From the IMG/VR virus record IMGVR_UViG_3300046463_000302: DNA of 64,000 nucleotides. One strand, written 5' to 3'. The position numbers were made by a program, and so were the translations under genes. The DNA is from an uncultured virus (IMG/VR IMGVR_UViG_3300046463_000302). Lineage: Duplodnaviria > Heunggongvirae > Uroviricota > Caudoviricetes. How positions within the stretch are numbered: the first letter of the stretch is position 1; each line of letters begins with the position of its first letter. The notes beneath the pieces were generated by a model. That model did no database searches, was not told the origin of the DNA, and saw only the letters and a program-made list of their open reading frames with translations. Shown piece after piece: positions 39,801 through 45,794 of the stretch.

Positions 39801-40774
39801 TGATGCAGTTCAAGGGCTTCATGATCCAGACGCTCGAGACGTGGTACCGCATGGCGAAGCTGCACGGCAAGCAGGGCAAGATGGCTGCGGCTGCGTCGCT
39901 CGCCACGCTGTACGCGCTGTCGGGCTTGTGGGGGATGCCGGGCGCGGACGACTTGCGCAAGGTCACGGAGGCCGCCTATTCGAATATCACCAACGAGGAT
40001 CTCGACCTGAAAACTGAGCTGCGCGAGTGGGTTGCCAAGACGTCCGGTAGCAACGTGATTGCGCAGATCATGAATAAGGGCATCACGTACCCGGCGGGCG
40101 TCGACCTGACGCGTGTCGGGATGGGCTCGATCCTGCCAGATAGCGCACTCAACGCGGCAGGCGTGTCGTTCGACATGCTTGTTGGCCGCCCGATGCGCGC
40201 CTTCCAGAAGTCGCAAGCGCATGACCCGTACGGCGCCGTGGCCGAGTTCGCGCCGAACTTTGCAAAGAACTGGATCACGGCCGCCGGCTGGGCAATGGAT
40301 GGCGTGCGCGACAGCAAGGGCAATCGCATTCTGAAGCCTGAAGATCTATCGGGCACGGATCTAGCGATGAAAGCCGCCGGCTTTACGCCGTCGAAGGTGA
40401 CGGACGTCAAAGACTACACGTATGCGGAGAAGCGCGCGGAAGGGGCCGTTGATGGTCTGCGCCGCGAGTTCGGCAACCGGATCGCGCATGCGATGGTGGC
40501 ATCGGAGCAGGCTAAGGACGAAGCGGGCCGGCAGGAAGCAGACAAGGAAATGGCCGACGTGATGGCGGAGATTCAGGCCCACAACGAGAAGGCGATCAAG
40601 GACAACCGTCCGGAAGCGATCATTGATCCCGGCAAGATGCGCGGCTCGATCAAGGCAAAGATCAAGCAGGAGCGCGAGGGCGTGGCGGGTATGTGGGGCC
40701 GCGAGAAGAAGCATTCGCGCGGCGCGGCACAGGAACGCCGCGACCTGTTCGGCCTATCTCCGGAGAAGCACTAA
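27806..40774 (+). CDS. giant DarB-like polyvalent virion protein: lytic transglycosylase, FtsK-gamma-like, ParB-like, N6A methyltransferase, SNF2-type helicase, HExxH, PLxRFG-like
   Basis: AHQESRYNP..AKGMAQY; SISLVQRHLRIGYNRAARLLE; LKPTQ..IIDGHH; VLEPGMGVG/GNPPF; HAVGAGKT/VDEFH/QREGRIVRQGN; LHEMMH; YVPFARYG. Confidence 0.93.
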   Translation: MADNPFLQNPYDALTSDLNAQAQADAATPLPSIDMPARTPAAAPASDEGSRGAGTDNLLPPAKYRGLFDATAQKTGVPVNVLMALAHQESRYNPTALGEQTKWGRAKGMAQYLDGTASDRGINPYNPDEAIPAMAQDIKRRLDRGDTMMEAIKAHFGGDDRSAWGQKTAAYGAEVMAKVGKIAAMLQKPGTNLNDSLGDGEQAMSDDAAALQGKLDKQDPGRYKVLTADEAAKLSASQKPADAPGAPIQDASSGLNLNLLSLTNDDKADWSYIGKSLKAGAFDVAGAAAKILDTLNPFTLSKADAATLFKDDPAKLKEVQDSSASMILSRFADSMQKHGNDTMDTISPDAKAKFGNLEYATLDPKKAAYLQPAKVIGDAVRSLPTMAALAVTAYFTRGAAAQAEKDALAAGMPAYAARQAGIEAAQHAAARVGAGSEGAVGYAQQSLSTADDLSKKTPQELAQTSPKYAELIAQGYTPETAKAQLVADTAEAAGQIGGIVDAAVNHVGGHFLGKILTEGGPFIKRVMKGFVNEGSTEAVQSAGEQLGQNVATQQNIDRNQDTWQDVGENAAQGLAVGGLTGGATAGAGGRGGPQHQPGDPNVIDGHARIVDGPDWIEAPGAAPAGSPQLPYDAAKLPAPTAAAPGASPLSSAVQNAANQHAAQKANVAAAAQAGERVKVTTPQGEITGALDRLATGENGQFAARVLGDDGQIYHFTHDDGVTIAPEGAEQAAEAAPASEPAVPTKPTDTAVDNSGHPDDETLYPQAVDLVTAHQRPSISLVQRHLRIGYNRAARLLERMEANGIVGPMQADGSRAMLRTAEAAPAAQPKKEAPAAAAPASQGGQRTLNVRGKRTPVQFATEGDAKLFDVATNLNAMRLGAGDSASVAAKSTRDYLAKLAANTGRDENTVSAMVESMRKAVMAALRDHQDGTLTLPPLVELTTNGMPKMQPESAANGTPTATPDEKPASAAGERAPQSGSTGDAAGTGKPVEQQNAALTTTEAAPVKWFGTQEKADAFIAKKGLADTHQVVETKRNRFEIQPKPAAQAEAPNAPEAAPAQASSGARKVGGRKLKEGFKQFSPDTGTLGIPREEMPQVPTESHGALVNHLNAQGIEHETKMVPADELKPTQAEYSPEKVEKAKDATGDRAVIVSNDGHIIDGHHQALAAQEEGKDVKAIVLDAPVHEALDAVKKSPSAQTEQAKPAFDAESKWQSLSAGDIHDVLEKAGFTDETGRLTPEGSKIAQSHFSDIPAGAWEKIVNAMEAEPAADESPRQPEPPKGKGPKVDFSKNKMFTEDKIEAARARLRSKLGTLNSGIDPEIMADGLTIAGGYLEAGVREFSAFASALMDDFGAKIKPYLLSFYEGARHFPGLDTEGMTESSEAKRLHGELMAEKPAEQTNVEAHNDAKPVEADARAGDEGSSAAVVRQDGGGRDAQGVSEQPAGERVEHGGADAGSSDQQPRNAGEPAVRGGSDGADASAKPKRKVGGRNRPVASGGGNSLPRSAAGQNHRIAVGELKREGSWIQTAERNVGIIEAVKRLAAEGRRPTPEEAREFAKYTGMGASEIANGIFPNQYGQYKTQQWRALGERLKAALTPEEYEAARRTTQYAHYTSEGVIRSVFNALDRLGFKGGSVLEPGMGVGHFNGLMPDHMAATSNYTGIEYDPITAAIAKALYPQSHVIEGDYTKTSLPKDFFDAAIGNPPFGSIKITNDPEYKKHGFMLHDYFFAKTLDRVKPGGLVVFVTSKGTMDKGSSRAREFMGERANLLGAVRLPQTAFLHNAGTEVVTDVIFLQKRGPGIPDNGTKWMGTAQVQTPQGPAHINEYFAAHPEMVLGAHALTGSMYRANEYTVLPREGDIEQHFAEALTKLPENVYRPAQGTAAERAVVQDRDFNPKHRKEGGLYVDDNGRLMQVEDGTGVEVVSRFGSDGKVIQLKPREKAWLRDYVGLRDAMKQTQFDQLNDGGWEKSLKALQSAYAKFVEKHGNVLEYTTMERTGPDGEITTTRLFKNRALFGVDAEGALAYALESIAEDGSIVPGAVLKGRVLNKPIDPEIRSTQDAMFVSLNRHGSLDVEDVARLAGVDVARVIEDLGTSIYEAPGKGWQLADDYLSGNVVRKLKEARAAARVNPRFQRNVDALIAAQPRPLGPTDITVRLGQNWVPPKDIEAFAKEIIGDRMSVTYNEKLNSWDVTPHERNVSEWGMERMPASLILDAVLNSRQIKITYKDQSGKTYTDAESTEKANDIARKMKEAFRRWVWTDTARSERLTNYYNEHFNNIAPRTFDGSHLTLPGLSSRFKPFDHQKRAIWRQIQQGDTYLAHAVGAGKTFEMIAGGMEQRRLGLIKKPVYAVPNHMLAQFAREFLEFYPAANIMVADEQNFHTSNRRRFIAQAALNNPDAIVITHSAFGRIGMSDEYTNEFIGKQIKEWQDALEEVDSGDRITTKQIERRIEALERRMEGKQAKEKKDKVLTFEELGADMIYVDEFHEFRKLDFATNQGNIKGIDPAGSQRAMDLMMKVQYLREKNPTRSLVAASGTPITNTMGELFTVQRFFQEKQLEEDGLNTFDAWASQYGDVVTGLEQNAAGGYENVSRFAKFQNVPELMRRVRSFMDILTSSHLGELVERPTVEGGQRQVVVTQAPDGYKEYQKQLETRITAIRNRKGPPQKGDDIILKVISDGRFSAIDMRFVDPTRPSDPKSKLNRMLDDVIAAYHETADNVYVDKATGNPDPIKGSSLIIFTDIGLGEAAAESRGFDMHAWIQHRLVEAGIPRAHIAFMRDNKQHAKKERLFAAMRAGEKRILIGGKDMETGVNVQKRLTHLFHLDAPWFPASVEQREGRIVRQGNQNPNVWIGGYATKGSYDSTMWGMNARKARFIEQAMNGDDSVRSLDDVSEASAFEMAAALASGDERYMKLAGLKGDIDRLERLRAAHHDEQNKLMRSKSWAESAIQRNRAIVEAIDKALAVRTPIRAGEFAGKVGESTFDARDDFSGALFDEFKRLSDESFDGEKQIGEIGGFPITYYGVAGKKLGDYSASVHVGLPTDPSPLIQWPVRDDFAINGIAARAVNQINGLDKDAAESRNTIAQEERRLKQIQSRLGAPFPEEQELLEKIADMNALETELAAEKPEQEVSPEALNATTDVDPNPAGDEPRRSIAAPTDTGAALRAGELGAFIGKLIDAGRIVLHDTARSVPGKHPIGTQAVTERDGTIHLVGENLKPGEAQAVLLHEMMHGGVRALIGGAAWDSLLKRLDALRTQAERSTGRAREFYDAARRRVAGAELAGDNMGSDAVRAEEFGAYTVEEYENAPSAFRKWVDDVLGAIKAWLMHRFGVQLGRVTPAQLSELAKAALRRAAVAPETDPSEPTGPRRSVSKEEAEAALNEAAASLNEEPVNKGDYIGRVTSDLSLVSRLFNYPRQIAAFFPKFTPVYRTAIDQMEARDATISELGHHAQAYDALDQAGKENVNRALELGRLMSETFSKSDLTAGVKNPGEAKVMEQDANGRPVWTSKPFESSLTKKGDTIKLSADEATAYAGLRTMFDAALDKFRDQTLEEMGYGQFAGSTDAAKAIAATITPEMTGAQKDRLQSVARFIGEIEQAKRAGYVPFARYGDYVVTVKETQPNGDDKTIYSTKVETGLSDMLAERGTKAGRKPIDQIPAVKAAIDAARAKYVDGNPNRRIVAFAPEQRRADQPVKLSDVDALAQIANIDNDTWDAVRDQLADAIKGQSFRKHFFHSDNVPGYSGDFERAIADYIIGMSGYLARRSHMAAWNDSIDGIKGQPKLYDYAQKYRAYANEPQEELAALRQAGYFMYIAGTPATAFANLTQVPLLTFPTLMQVAPSHRVAFELTRAYKDAFAMLAAPRVGLDLFDPNKAPADVRGILKEAWADGAFVPQDTYEMMMTARQRNVGRRKVTKAFNTISQVVSIAFSGAERLNRLVTFIAAARLAEKEAIRKNAEKNLGNNALARASILGANWSPKAFAEWAVDESQFRMGKGNRPGVMRGVGAVLMQFKGFMIQTLETWYRMAKLHGKQGKMAAAASLATLYALSGLWGMPGADDLRKVTEAAYSNITNEDLDLKTELREWVAKTSGSNVIAQIMNKGITYPAGVDLTRVGMGSILPDSALNAAGVSFDMLVGRPMRAFQKSQAHDPYGAVAEFAPNFAKNWITAAGWAMDGVRDSKGNRILKPEDLSGTDLAMKAAGFTPSKVTDVKDYTYAEKRAEGAVDGLRREFGNRIAHAMVASEQAKDEAGRQEADKEMADVMAEIQAHNEKAIKDNRPEAIIDPGKMRGSIKAKIKQEREGVAGMWGREKKHSRGAAQERRDLFGLSPEKH
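30669..30797 (+). CDS. candidate overprinted 42-aa peptide (+1 frame in giant gene)
   Basis: GGAGAG RBS, MGRLLLRLMKNPRALQ..; host-frame third positions become A/T-rich here. Confidence 0.35.
   Translation: MGRLLLRLMKNPRALQASARRNPVALVTLLELESLSSSRTLH
32016..32345 (+). CDS. overprinted 109-aa helical protein (+1 frame in giant gene), weak TnpV-like pattern
   Basis: GAGG RBS, GC-rich third positions in this frame, disordered sequence with A/T-rich third positions in host frame. Confidence 0.6.
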   Translation: MTPSQWKRTLEQAMKDLAPQSYARMVADGTLKGYLNNLLANVSNTVAQMQDQAINSHVTQGSPQYVADPTARTQALNQNAKSAEETALSQAVEEIRSLEAQQDKTTELP

Positions 40775-40897
40775 GGCTGCGAACGCCGCGAGTTGCGCGG
40801 CGATGAAAGCGAGCCCGGCAATAGCAAGCCGGCGCCGCTTTCTCGCGGTGTAGCCATAGGGGAAATTGAGCGGGTCGGGCGCGTTTCGTGCGGGCAT
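40754..40897 (-). CDS. small basic-hydrophobic membrane peptide
   Basis: AAGGA RBS, 47 aa ..RKRRRLAIAGLAFIAAQLAAFAALVLLRR. Confidence 0.45.
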   Translation of the reverse strand: MPARNAPDPLNFPYGYTARKRRRLAIAGLAFIAAQLAAFAALVLLRR

Positions 40898-40976
40898 GAA
40901 TTGTCCTTGGGCCGATGCTTCAGGACGGCGGCGACTGCACGGCATGGCAGTCGCGCCCGCTTTGGGTGGGGCTGAA

Positions 40977-41267
40977 CTACGTTCGGCCCGTTTCCTTGTC
41001 GAGTTTTGCTGCGAAAGCGCGGATCTTCTTCGCCCGCTCAACCTCGCGCGTCGCGGCAGCAGCAACCGCCTCGCGCACGAATGACGCTTTCGAGTGGATG
41101 AAGTTGTGTTCTATGAGCCACTCAAGCTGGAGTATCGTCGGCTCCGGAAACGGGATGTTGATCGCGATCTTTTTGGATGGATCCCCCTGTCGCCAGTTCG
41201 CCTCATTGATGCCCGTATCCTGCTTGGGCGGGCTGACCATGCGGCGCCTCGGCGTAGTGTTTGCCAT
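40977..41267 (-). CDS. ribbon-helix-helix-like DNA-binding protein
   Basis: KIAINIPFPEPTILQLEWLIE..SKASFVREAV. Confidence 0.6.
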   Translation of the reverse strand: MANTTPRRRMVSPPKQDTGINEANWRQGDPSKKIAINIPFPEPTILQLEWLIEHNFIHSKASFVREAVAAAATREVERAKKIRAFAAKLDKETGRT

Positions 41268-41425
41268 GCTTCGCCCTATATGATGGTTCAATTGCAAATT
41301 GAATAGCACCATTGTATATCGAATGGCACTATGCGGACAATGCGCAGATCGTTGATTTTTCAATAGGAAATGGTCGCCAAACGGGACCATCCTGCTTAAA
41401 ATCCGACCATTGCTTAGGGGGTTCA

Positions 41426-41977
41426 ATGGTTCCGGATGACTACATCGAGCGCGTGCTCGAGAGCGAAAAGGGGTACGTGAACGACCCGGCCGACAAGGGC
41501 GGCGAAACCAATTTCGGTATCACGGCTGCTGTCGCGCGGGCATTCGGCTATCACGGCTCCATGCGCGACATGCAGCGATCCGACGCGATCACGATCTACC
41601 GCACGCGCTACTGGACGCAGCCGAAGTTCGACCAGATCAACCCGATTGATGCGCGCCTCGCGTTCTTCCTGTTCGATACGGGCGTCAACATGGGCCAGGC
41701 AACGGGCGTGAAGTATCTGCAGCGCGCGTTGAACGTCCTGAACAACGAAGGTTCACTTTTCCCCGATATTTCCGCCGACGGCGGCATTGGCGCGATGACG
41801 ATTGCCGCGCTGAATGCGTTCGTGCGCGCGCGCGGCGCCGCCGGGCTCGCGGTCCTGCGCGGCATGGTCGAGCACCTGCGCGGCGCGGACTATATCGCTA
41901 TGGCCGAGCGCAATCCGACTCAGGAGCGATTCGAGTACGGCTGGCAAACCCGTCTTTCTGACCTGGAGCCCGCATGA
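41426..41977 (+). CDS. endolysin, glycoside hydrolase family 108
   Basis: EKGYVNDPADKGGETNFGIT, FDTGVNMG, DGGIG..T. Confidence 0.93.
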   Translation: MVPDDYIERVLESEKGYVNDPADKGGETNFGITAAVARAFGYHGSMRDMQRSDAITIYRTRYWTQPKFDQINPIDARLAFFLFDTGVNMGQATGVKYLQRALNVLNNEGSLFPDISADGGIGAMTIAALNAFVRARGAAGLAVLRGMVEHLRGADYIAMAERNPTQERFEYGWQTRLSDLEPA

Positions 41978-42201
41978 AACTGATCGACGACGCGCACCTT
42001 GTTTGGCACCGCCTTTGGTCCATTCGCTTCGCGCTACTCGCGGCACTGTTTGGCATGGCCGCGCAGCTGCAAGACAACCTGCCGCTGATTCGCGACTTCG
42101 TCACGCCGAAAGAGTTTGCCGCCCTGTCGATCGCGTGCGGCGTGGCTTCGGCGCTCTCCCGCGTCATCAAGCAAACGTCTGTATCGGGCGGTAGCCAATG
42201 A
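41974..42201 (+). CDS. holin (2 TM)
   Basis: MKLIDD..WHRLWSIRF..SRVIKQ. Confidence 0.7.
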   Translation: MKLIDDAHLVWHRLWSIRFALLAALFGMAAQLQDNLPLIRDFVTPKEFAALSIACGVASALSRVIKQTSVSGGSQ

Positions 42202-42560
42202 TCGGGCCGGTTGATCTCCAGTCTGCCGCGAGCGGTGGCGGCGCCACGGCGCTGATTTTGTCGGTGTTCTTTGGCATGCGCCGCTTTCTTCGGAAAGAGG
42301 GCGTCGACGCTGCAAGCGATAGCGCCAAGATCGACACCATCGCCCAGCTGCGGCAGTCGTTGGCCGACGAGCGCGCGGCCCGGAAAGAATCTGATTTGCG
42401 CGCGGACAAGTTCGCCGACGAGCGCAATGATGCGATTCAGAAGATCGGCGAACTCAACGGCAAGATAACTGCGCTCGAGCAGCAGGTAGCCTCACTGCAA
42501 GTTGTGGTTGAGCGCCTTTCGCGCGCGGTTCACGCCGAGCATGGAGATCCCGCACCATGA
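42198..42560 (+). CDS. holin/antiholin-like protein (1 TM + coiled coil)
   Basis: N-terminal TM then coiled coil, within lysis cassette. Confidence 0.6.
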   Translation: MIGPVDLQSAASGGGATALILSVFFGMRRFLRKEGVDAASDSAKIDTIAQLRQSLADERAARKESDLRADKFADERNDAIQKIGELNGKITALEQQVASLQVVVERLSRAVHAEHGDPAP

Positions 42561-43120
42561 CCGCCATTCTGTCCATCCTCGCGCGCATCGCGCCCTACCT
42601 GATTGCGGCATTTGTCGGGGCCGGCGCCGCGCACTACCTCGATGCGAACCACTACGGCGCCGAGATCGCGACCGTACAGCGCGATCTCGCGGACGAAAAA
42701 GAGGCGCACGGCGCCGACATGGAAGCGATGACCGCCAAGGCTGCGGACGCGGCGCGCGCGGCGCTGGCGGCGCAGCAGCAGAAAGAGCGGGACGTCGCCG
42801 CGCTGGACGCGAAATATTCAAAGGAGAGGAACGATGCTAAAGCTGAAAACGATGCTTTGCGTGCTGCTGTTGCCGATGGTTCTCTGCGGCTGCGGTTCGC
42901 CGTCACCAGTTGCACGGCAACCAGTTCAGCCGGTAGCGGTGGAGTGCTCGCGCCCGGCGCCGCCGCCAGCGTGGATCCTGGTACCGCCGGCACAGCAGAG
43001 CTTGACCGACGAGATACGGACCGACTTTTCTCTATTGCCAGCCGCGGCGACGCCGAAATAACCAAGCTGCGCGCTGCGCAGGAATACATCAAGACCGCTT
43101 GCGTGGTGCAGCCGAAGTAA
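42557..43120 (+). CDS. i-spanin (Rz-like)
   Basis: N-terminal TM, coiled coil, LRAAVADGSLRLR, LRAAQEYI. Confidence 0.9.
   Translation: MTAILSILARIAPYLIAAFVGAGAAHYLDANHYGAEIATVQRDLADEKEAHGADMEAMTAKAADAARAALAAQQQKERDVAALDAKYSKERNDAKAENDALRAAVADGSLRLRFAVTSCTATSSAGSGGVLAPGAAASVDPGTAGTAELDRRDTDRLFSIASRGDAEITKLRAAQEYIKTACVVQPK
42834..43061 (+). CDS. embedded o-spanin lipoprotein (Rz1-like)
   Basis: +1 frame inside Rz, GAGGA RBS, lipobox LCGC, Pro-rich PAPPPAW. Confidence 0.85.
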   Translation: MLKLKTMLCVLLLPMVLCGCGSPSPVARQPVQPVAVECSRPAPPPAWILVPPAQQSLTDEIRTDFSLLPAAATPK

Positions 43121-43147
43121 TTCCCGTTTCTTCGGCTGCTGTCCTTT

Positions 43148-43173
43148 GCCTCGCCTTCGGGCGGGGCTTTTTT
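43148..43173. terminator. intrinsic terminator between convergent units
   Basis: GCCTCGCC-TTCG-GGCGGGGC-TTTTTT. Confidence 0.8.
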
Positions 43174-43441
43174 ATGTCCGTCGCTTACAGGCGACGACCA
43201 TGCTGCGATTGACGATCGGGCCGAACTGGCTGGCCGTCGACGAGCTATCCCGGTCCAGCACATCAAACCCGCTGGGGCACGTCTTGGCCGCAGCCTTGTA
43301 GCACTTTGCCCACGAATACGCGGAGCCGCCGCATTCGATGTTGTAGCCGTCGCGCCCGTCTGCCGTCGGCATGCTTTCGACGCCGGCCGCGCATCCCACA
43401 AGCAGGGCACAAAGCAAACTTCCAGTTATCATTCTGAGCAT
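43172..43441 (-). CDS. small Cys-rich lipoprotein (moron-like)
   Basis: Lipobox LVGC, four further Cys, AT-rich upstream. Confidence 0.75.
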   Translation of the reverse strand: MLRMITGSLLCALLVGCAAGVESMPTADGRDGYNIECGGSAYSWAKCYKAAAKTCPSGFDVLDRDSSSTASQFGPIVNRSMVVACKRRT

Positions 43442-43472
43442 TTTTATACCCAATTTGACATAAGGTTTTTTA

Positions 43473-43799
43473 TCAACGGGATTGGTACGTGTGCGTGGCC
43501 GCGTGCTGGCCCGCTGTACGCCGCTTGCGTGGCTCGCCAATGCCACCACCAGCAACCCACGCGTCGAGCGCCGCCTTGGCCGCGCTGTACGTCCTGAACG
43601 ACCAACGATCATCAGATCCGAACGGCGTTATGCCGGAAAGGATCGCGTAGCCGAACCATCTGCGGGATATGCAGGCGTCGAGCCCGTCTGAAAGATAAAC
43701 GTAGTCGGTATATCCGAGTCGTTGCGCAATGCGCTGGCCGCGAGCAGCCGGGCCTTCGTCGGTTTGTGCCGCGACCGAGTAAAGTAGTGGTGTGGTCAT
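43473..43799 (-). CDS. hypothetical protein
   Basis: AGGGG RBS, 108 aa. Confidence 0.5.
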   Translation of the reverse strand: MTTPLLYSVAAQTDEGPAARGQRIAQRLGYTDYVYLSDGLDACISRRWFGYAILSGITPFGSDDRWSFRTYSAAKAALDAWVAGGGIGEPRKRRTAGQHAATHTYQSR

Positions 43800-43833
43800 C
43801 CCCTGCTATCGCCCCCTGCGTGCGGCTGCGCTT

Positions 43834-44036
43834 TGTGGATAACCCCGGCGCGAGTCCGCATATTGTTAACATAAAAGTCTCTATCGTTAGGGTGTCCACC
43901 AGACACCGATACCGGCATCAACGGTTCCTGGTGGACACCTTTAGAACGGTCGTTCGGTATCTGTCAGATACGTGTCTGTGTGACACCTATTCAGACTGGT
44001 TCCCATGAGACACCGATTGCGTCAGATTGTGGATAA
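43834..44036. promoter_or_regulatory. putative plasmid-type replication origin
   Basis: DnaA boxes TGTGGATAA at 43834 and 44028, AT-rich 43861-43884, five GGTGTC-N5-GACACC-like palindromes. Confidence 0.75.
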
Positions 44037-44598
44037 GTCTCTCCCGCATGGCTTTCGGGAGTTTATCCATATTGTCCAGCAGGTTTTGAATATTCAATTG
44101 CATGGACTGATCGTGAAAGTTGTTGATATTCACGGTTAGGTTTTCAATCTGTACGATCTTGGCGCCGGCAAAGTCTCCCGTCATGAGGACGTTTTTCAGG
44201 TCTGCGACCGCGCCCTTCACTCCATCAGGCACGTAATCCCATGATGCCGCTGCTACGGGCCTGCCGTGTGTGTCGGATATGTCCACCTTTTCCCTCAGTG
44301 TGTAGACGTTGTTCCTGCCCTTCTGGTCGCGCGTGATATAGCCGTAATCCTCGAGCGTCTTAAGTGCACGAATGATTTGGCTTTTCGAAATGCCCGATTT
44401 TTCCACAATCGTCGGCATCGACGGGAAAGCCATGCCCGACTTGAAATTCGTGTGCGCCTTGATGACCATATAGACGGTCACTGCGTACGGCCCCATCTTC
44501 GCCACATCGCCGTTTTCTATCATCGAACGGAAAATGTGGAACCAGGTAGTTTCCGCCTTGAACAGTTCAAACTGTTCCTTTTCGTCGCTGGCGGTCAT
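43987..44598 (-). CDS. winged-HTH replication initiator (plasmid Rep-like)
   Basis: VYMVIKAHTN..AFPSMPTIVEKSGISKSQIIRALKTLEDYGYI; downstream of par genes, adjacent to iteron-like boxes. Confidence 0.75.
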   Translation of the reverse strand: MTASDEKEQFELFKAETTWFHIFRSMIENGDVAKMGPYAVTVYMVIKAHTNFKSGMAFPSMPTIVEKSGISKSQIIRALKTLEDYGYITRDQKGRNNVYTLREKVDISDTHGRPVAAASWDYVPDGVKGAVADLKNVLMTGDFAGAKIVQIENLTVNINNFHDQSMQLNIQNLLDNMDKLPKAMRERLIHNLTQSVSHGNQSE

Positions 44599-44601
44599 AC
44601 C

Positions 44602-45030
44602 CTACTCCAAGCCGAATTGCTTCTTCAGCCGTGCCACTTCGCGCCGCGTGCCGTCGACCATGATATCGGTCTTGGTCAGGCCGAACAGCCGGCACAGATC
44701 GTCGATATCGTCGAGCAGGCTCACCGGCATGCGCGCGTTGGTCTGCACCGTGGGCTCCTTGCGCGGGCGCAGCGCCCGGATTGCCTGCATATCTAGCTGC
44801 ACGCCCCTGTGCTGCTGCATGGCAGTCTGCAGGGCATCGTTAGGCGCGGGCGGGCTCTCGATCGCCGCCTCAAAGCGCTCGGATTCCTGCTGCGTCAGCT
44901 TGACCGCTTCGCCGGCCGGCGCCGGCTGTGAGGTTTCAGTGGCCGGCGGCGCTTTCGCAATGACGTCCTGCGCGCGCTCGAGGTCCGCGAAAACATCGCG
45001 CCCGCGGGGCGTTCCCATTCCCTTGCTCAT
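44602..45030 (-). CDS. ParG-like RHH centromere-binding protein
   Basis: Disordered N-terminus, C-terminal TVQTNARMPVSLLDDIDDLC..TKTDIM; coupled to ParA. Confidence 0.7.
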   Translation of the reverse strand: MSKGMGTPRGRDVFADLERAQDVIAKAPPATETSQPAPAGEAVKLTQQESERFEAAIESPPAPNDALQTAMQQHRGVQLDMQAIRALRPRKEPTVQTNARMPVSLLDDIDDLCRLFGLTKTDIMVDGTRREVARLKKQFGLE

Positions 45031-45689
45031 TTTCCGAATACTCCAAGGTAGAAGTCCTTGATCTCGTTCGCCGCGTCAGGGTCGTAGCCGTCCTTGCGCT
45101 TCAGTTCGCCGACGCCCTTCCCGCTCACCTTCGCGTATTTGAACGCGACGCGCGTGCCGATGGTCTTGGGCATCAACGGCAGAACATCCTTGAACCCTTC
45201 CATGCCGGCCTTCATGTCGCGCAGCATGATCGGTTGTCCGGACGTCATATTGAGAACGACGCGGATATCGAGCGGCTTGCTGAACTGGCGGACCACATTC
45301 GCCAGGTCCGGTACCGTGTCGAGATCGTCGGGCGACGGCGTCAGCGGGACAATGATCCGATCCGCTATGGCCAGCGAGGCGCGGAACACGGCCGTATCCT
45401 GCCCGCCCACGTCGATAAAGACGTCGTCGTAGCTGTCGGCAAGCTCCTGAATCAGCGTCGCAAATGCGCCGACGTCCGCCCTCTTCTCGACCGGCAGGCG
45501 CCGAACAGCGATCTTTGGCAGGCTTGGATCTTCGTCGCGGCGCGATATCCACTTGCTGCACGTACCCTGATTATCGAAGTCCGCTATCACGACGCGGTAC
45601 CCTACTTCAGCGCGCACGGCTGCGCTGTTTTCTGTCAGCGTCGATTTACCTACGCCTCCCTTCTCTGCCCCAAAGACGACGACGCCCAT
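45027..45689 (-). CDS. parA: ParA (type Ib) partition ATPase
   Basis: EKGGVGKST deviant Walker A, ADFDNQG, VFIDVGG, no N-terminal HTH. Confidence 0.92.
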   Translation of the reverse strand: MGVVVFGAEKGGVGKSTLTENSAAVRAEVGYRVVIADFDNQGTCSKWISRRDEDPSLPKIAVRRLPVEKRADVGAFATLIQELADSYDDVFIDVGGQDTAVFRASLAIADRIIVPLTPSPDDLDTVPDLANVVRQFSKPLDIRVVLNMTSGQPIMLRDMKAGMEGFKDVLPLMPKTIGTRVAFKYAKVSGKGVGELKRKDGYDPDAANEIKDFYLGVFGK

Positions 45690-45712
45690 ATGTGCTCCCG
45701 GTTGTGTGCTTT

Positions 45713-45738
45713 TGTATAGCTATACAGGTAGCTATACA
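45713..45738. promoter_or_regulatory. putative par operator/centromere
   Basis: Perfect palindrome TGTATAGCTATACA plus repeat GTAGCTATACA just upstream of parA. Confidence 0.6.
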
Positions 45739-45794
45739 TGCGAACATCATAGGAGCGGCGCACGGAAACATCAAGCCCGCATGCAGTTCGGGTA

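Noticed and set aside
27707..40714. Long antisense ORFs (e.g. 33395-35347, 37889-39304)
   Set aside because: Shadow frames expected opposite a GC3-rich gene; no motifs or RBS
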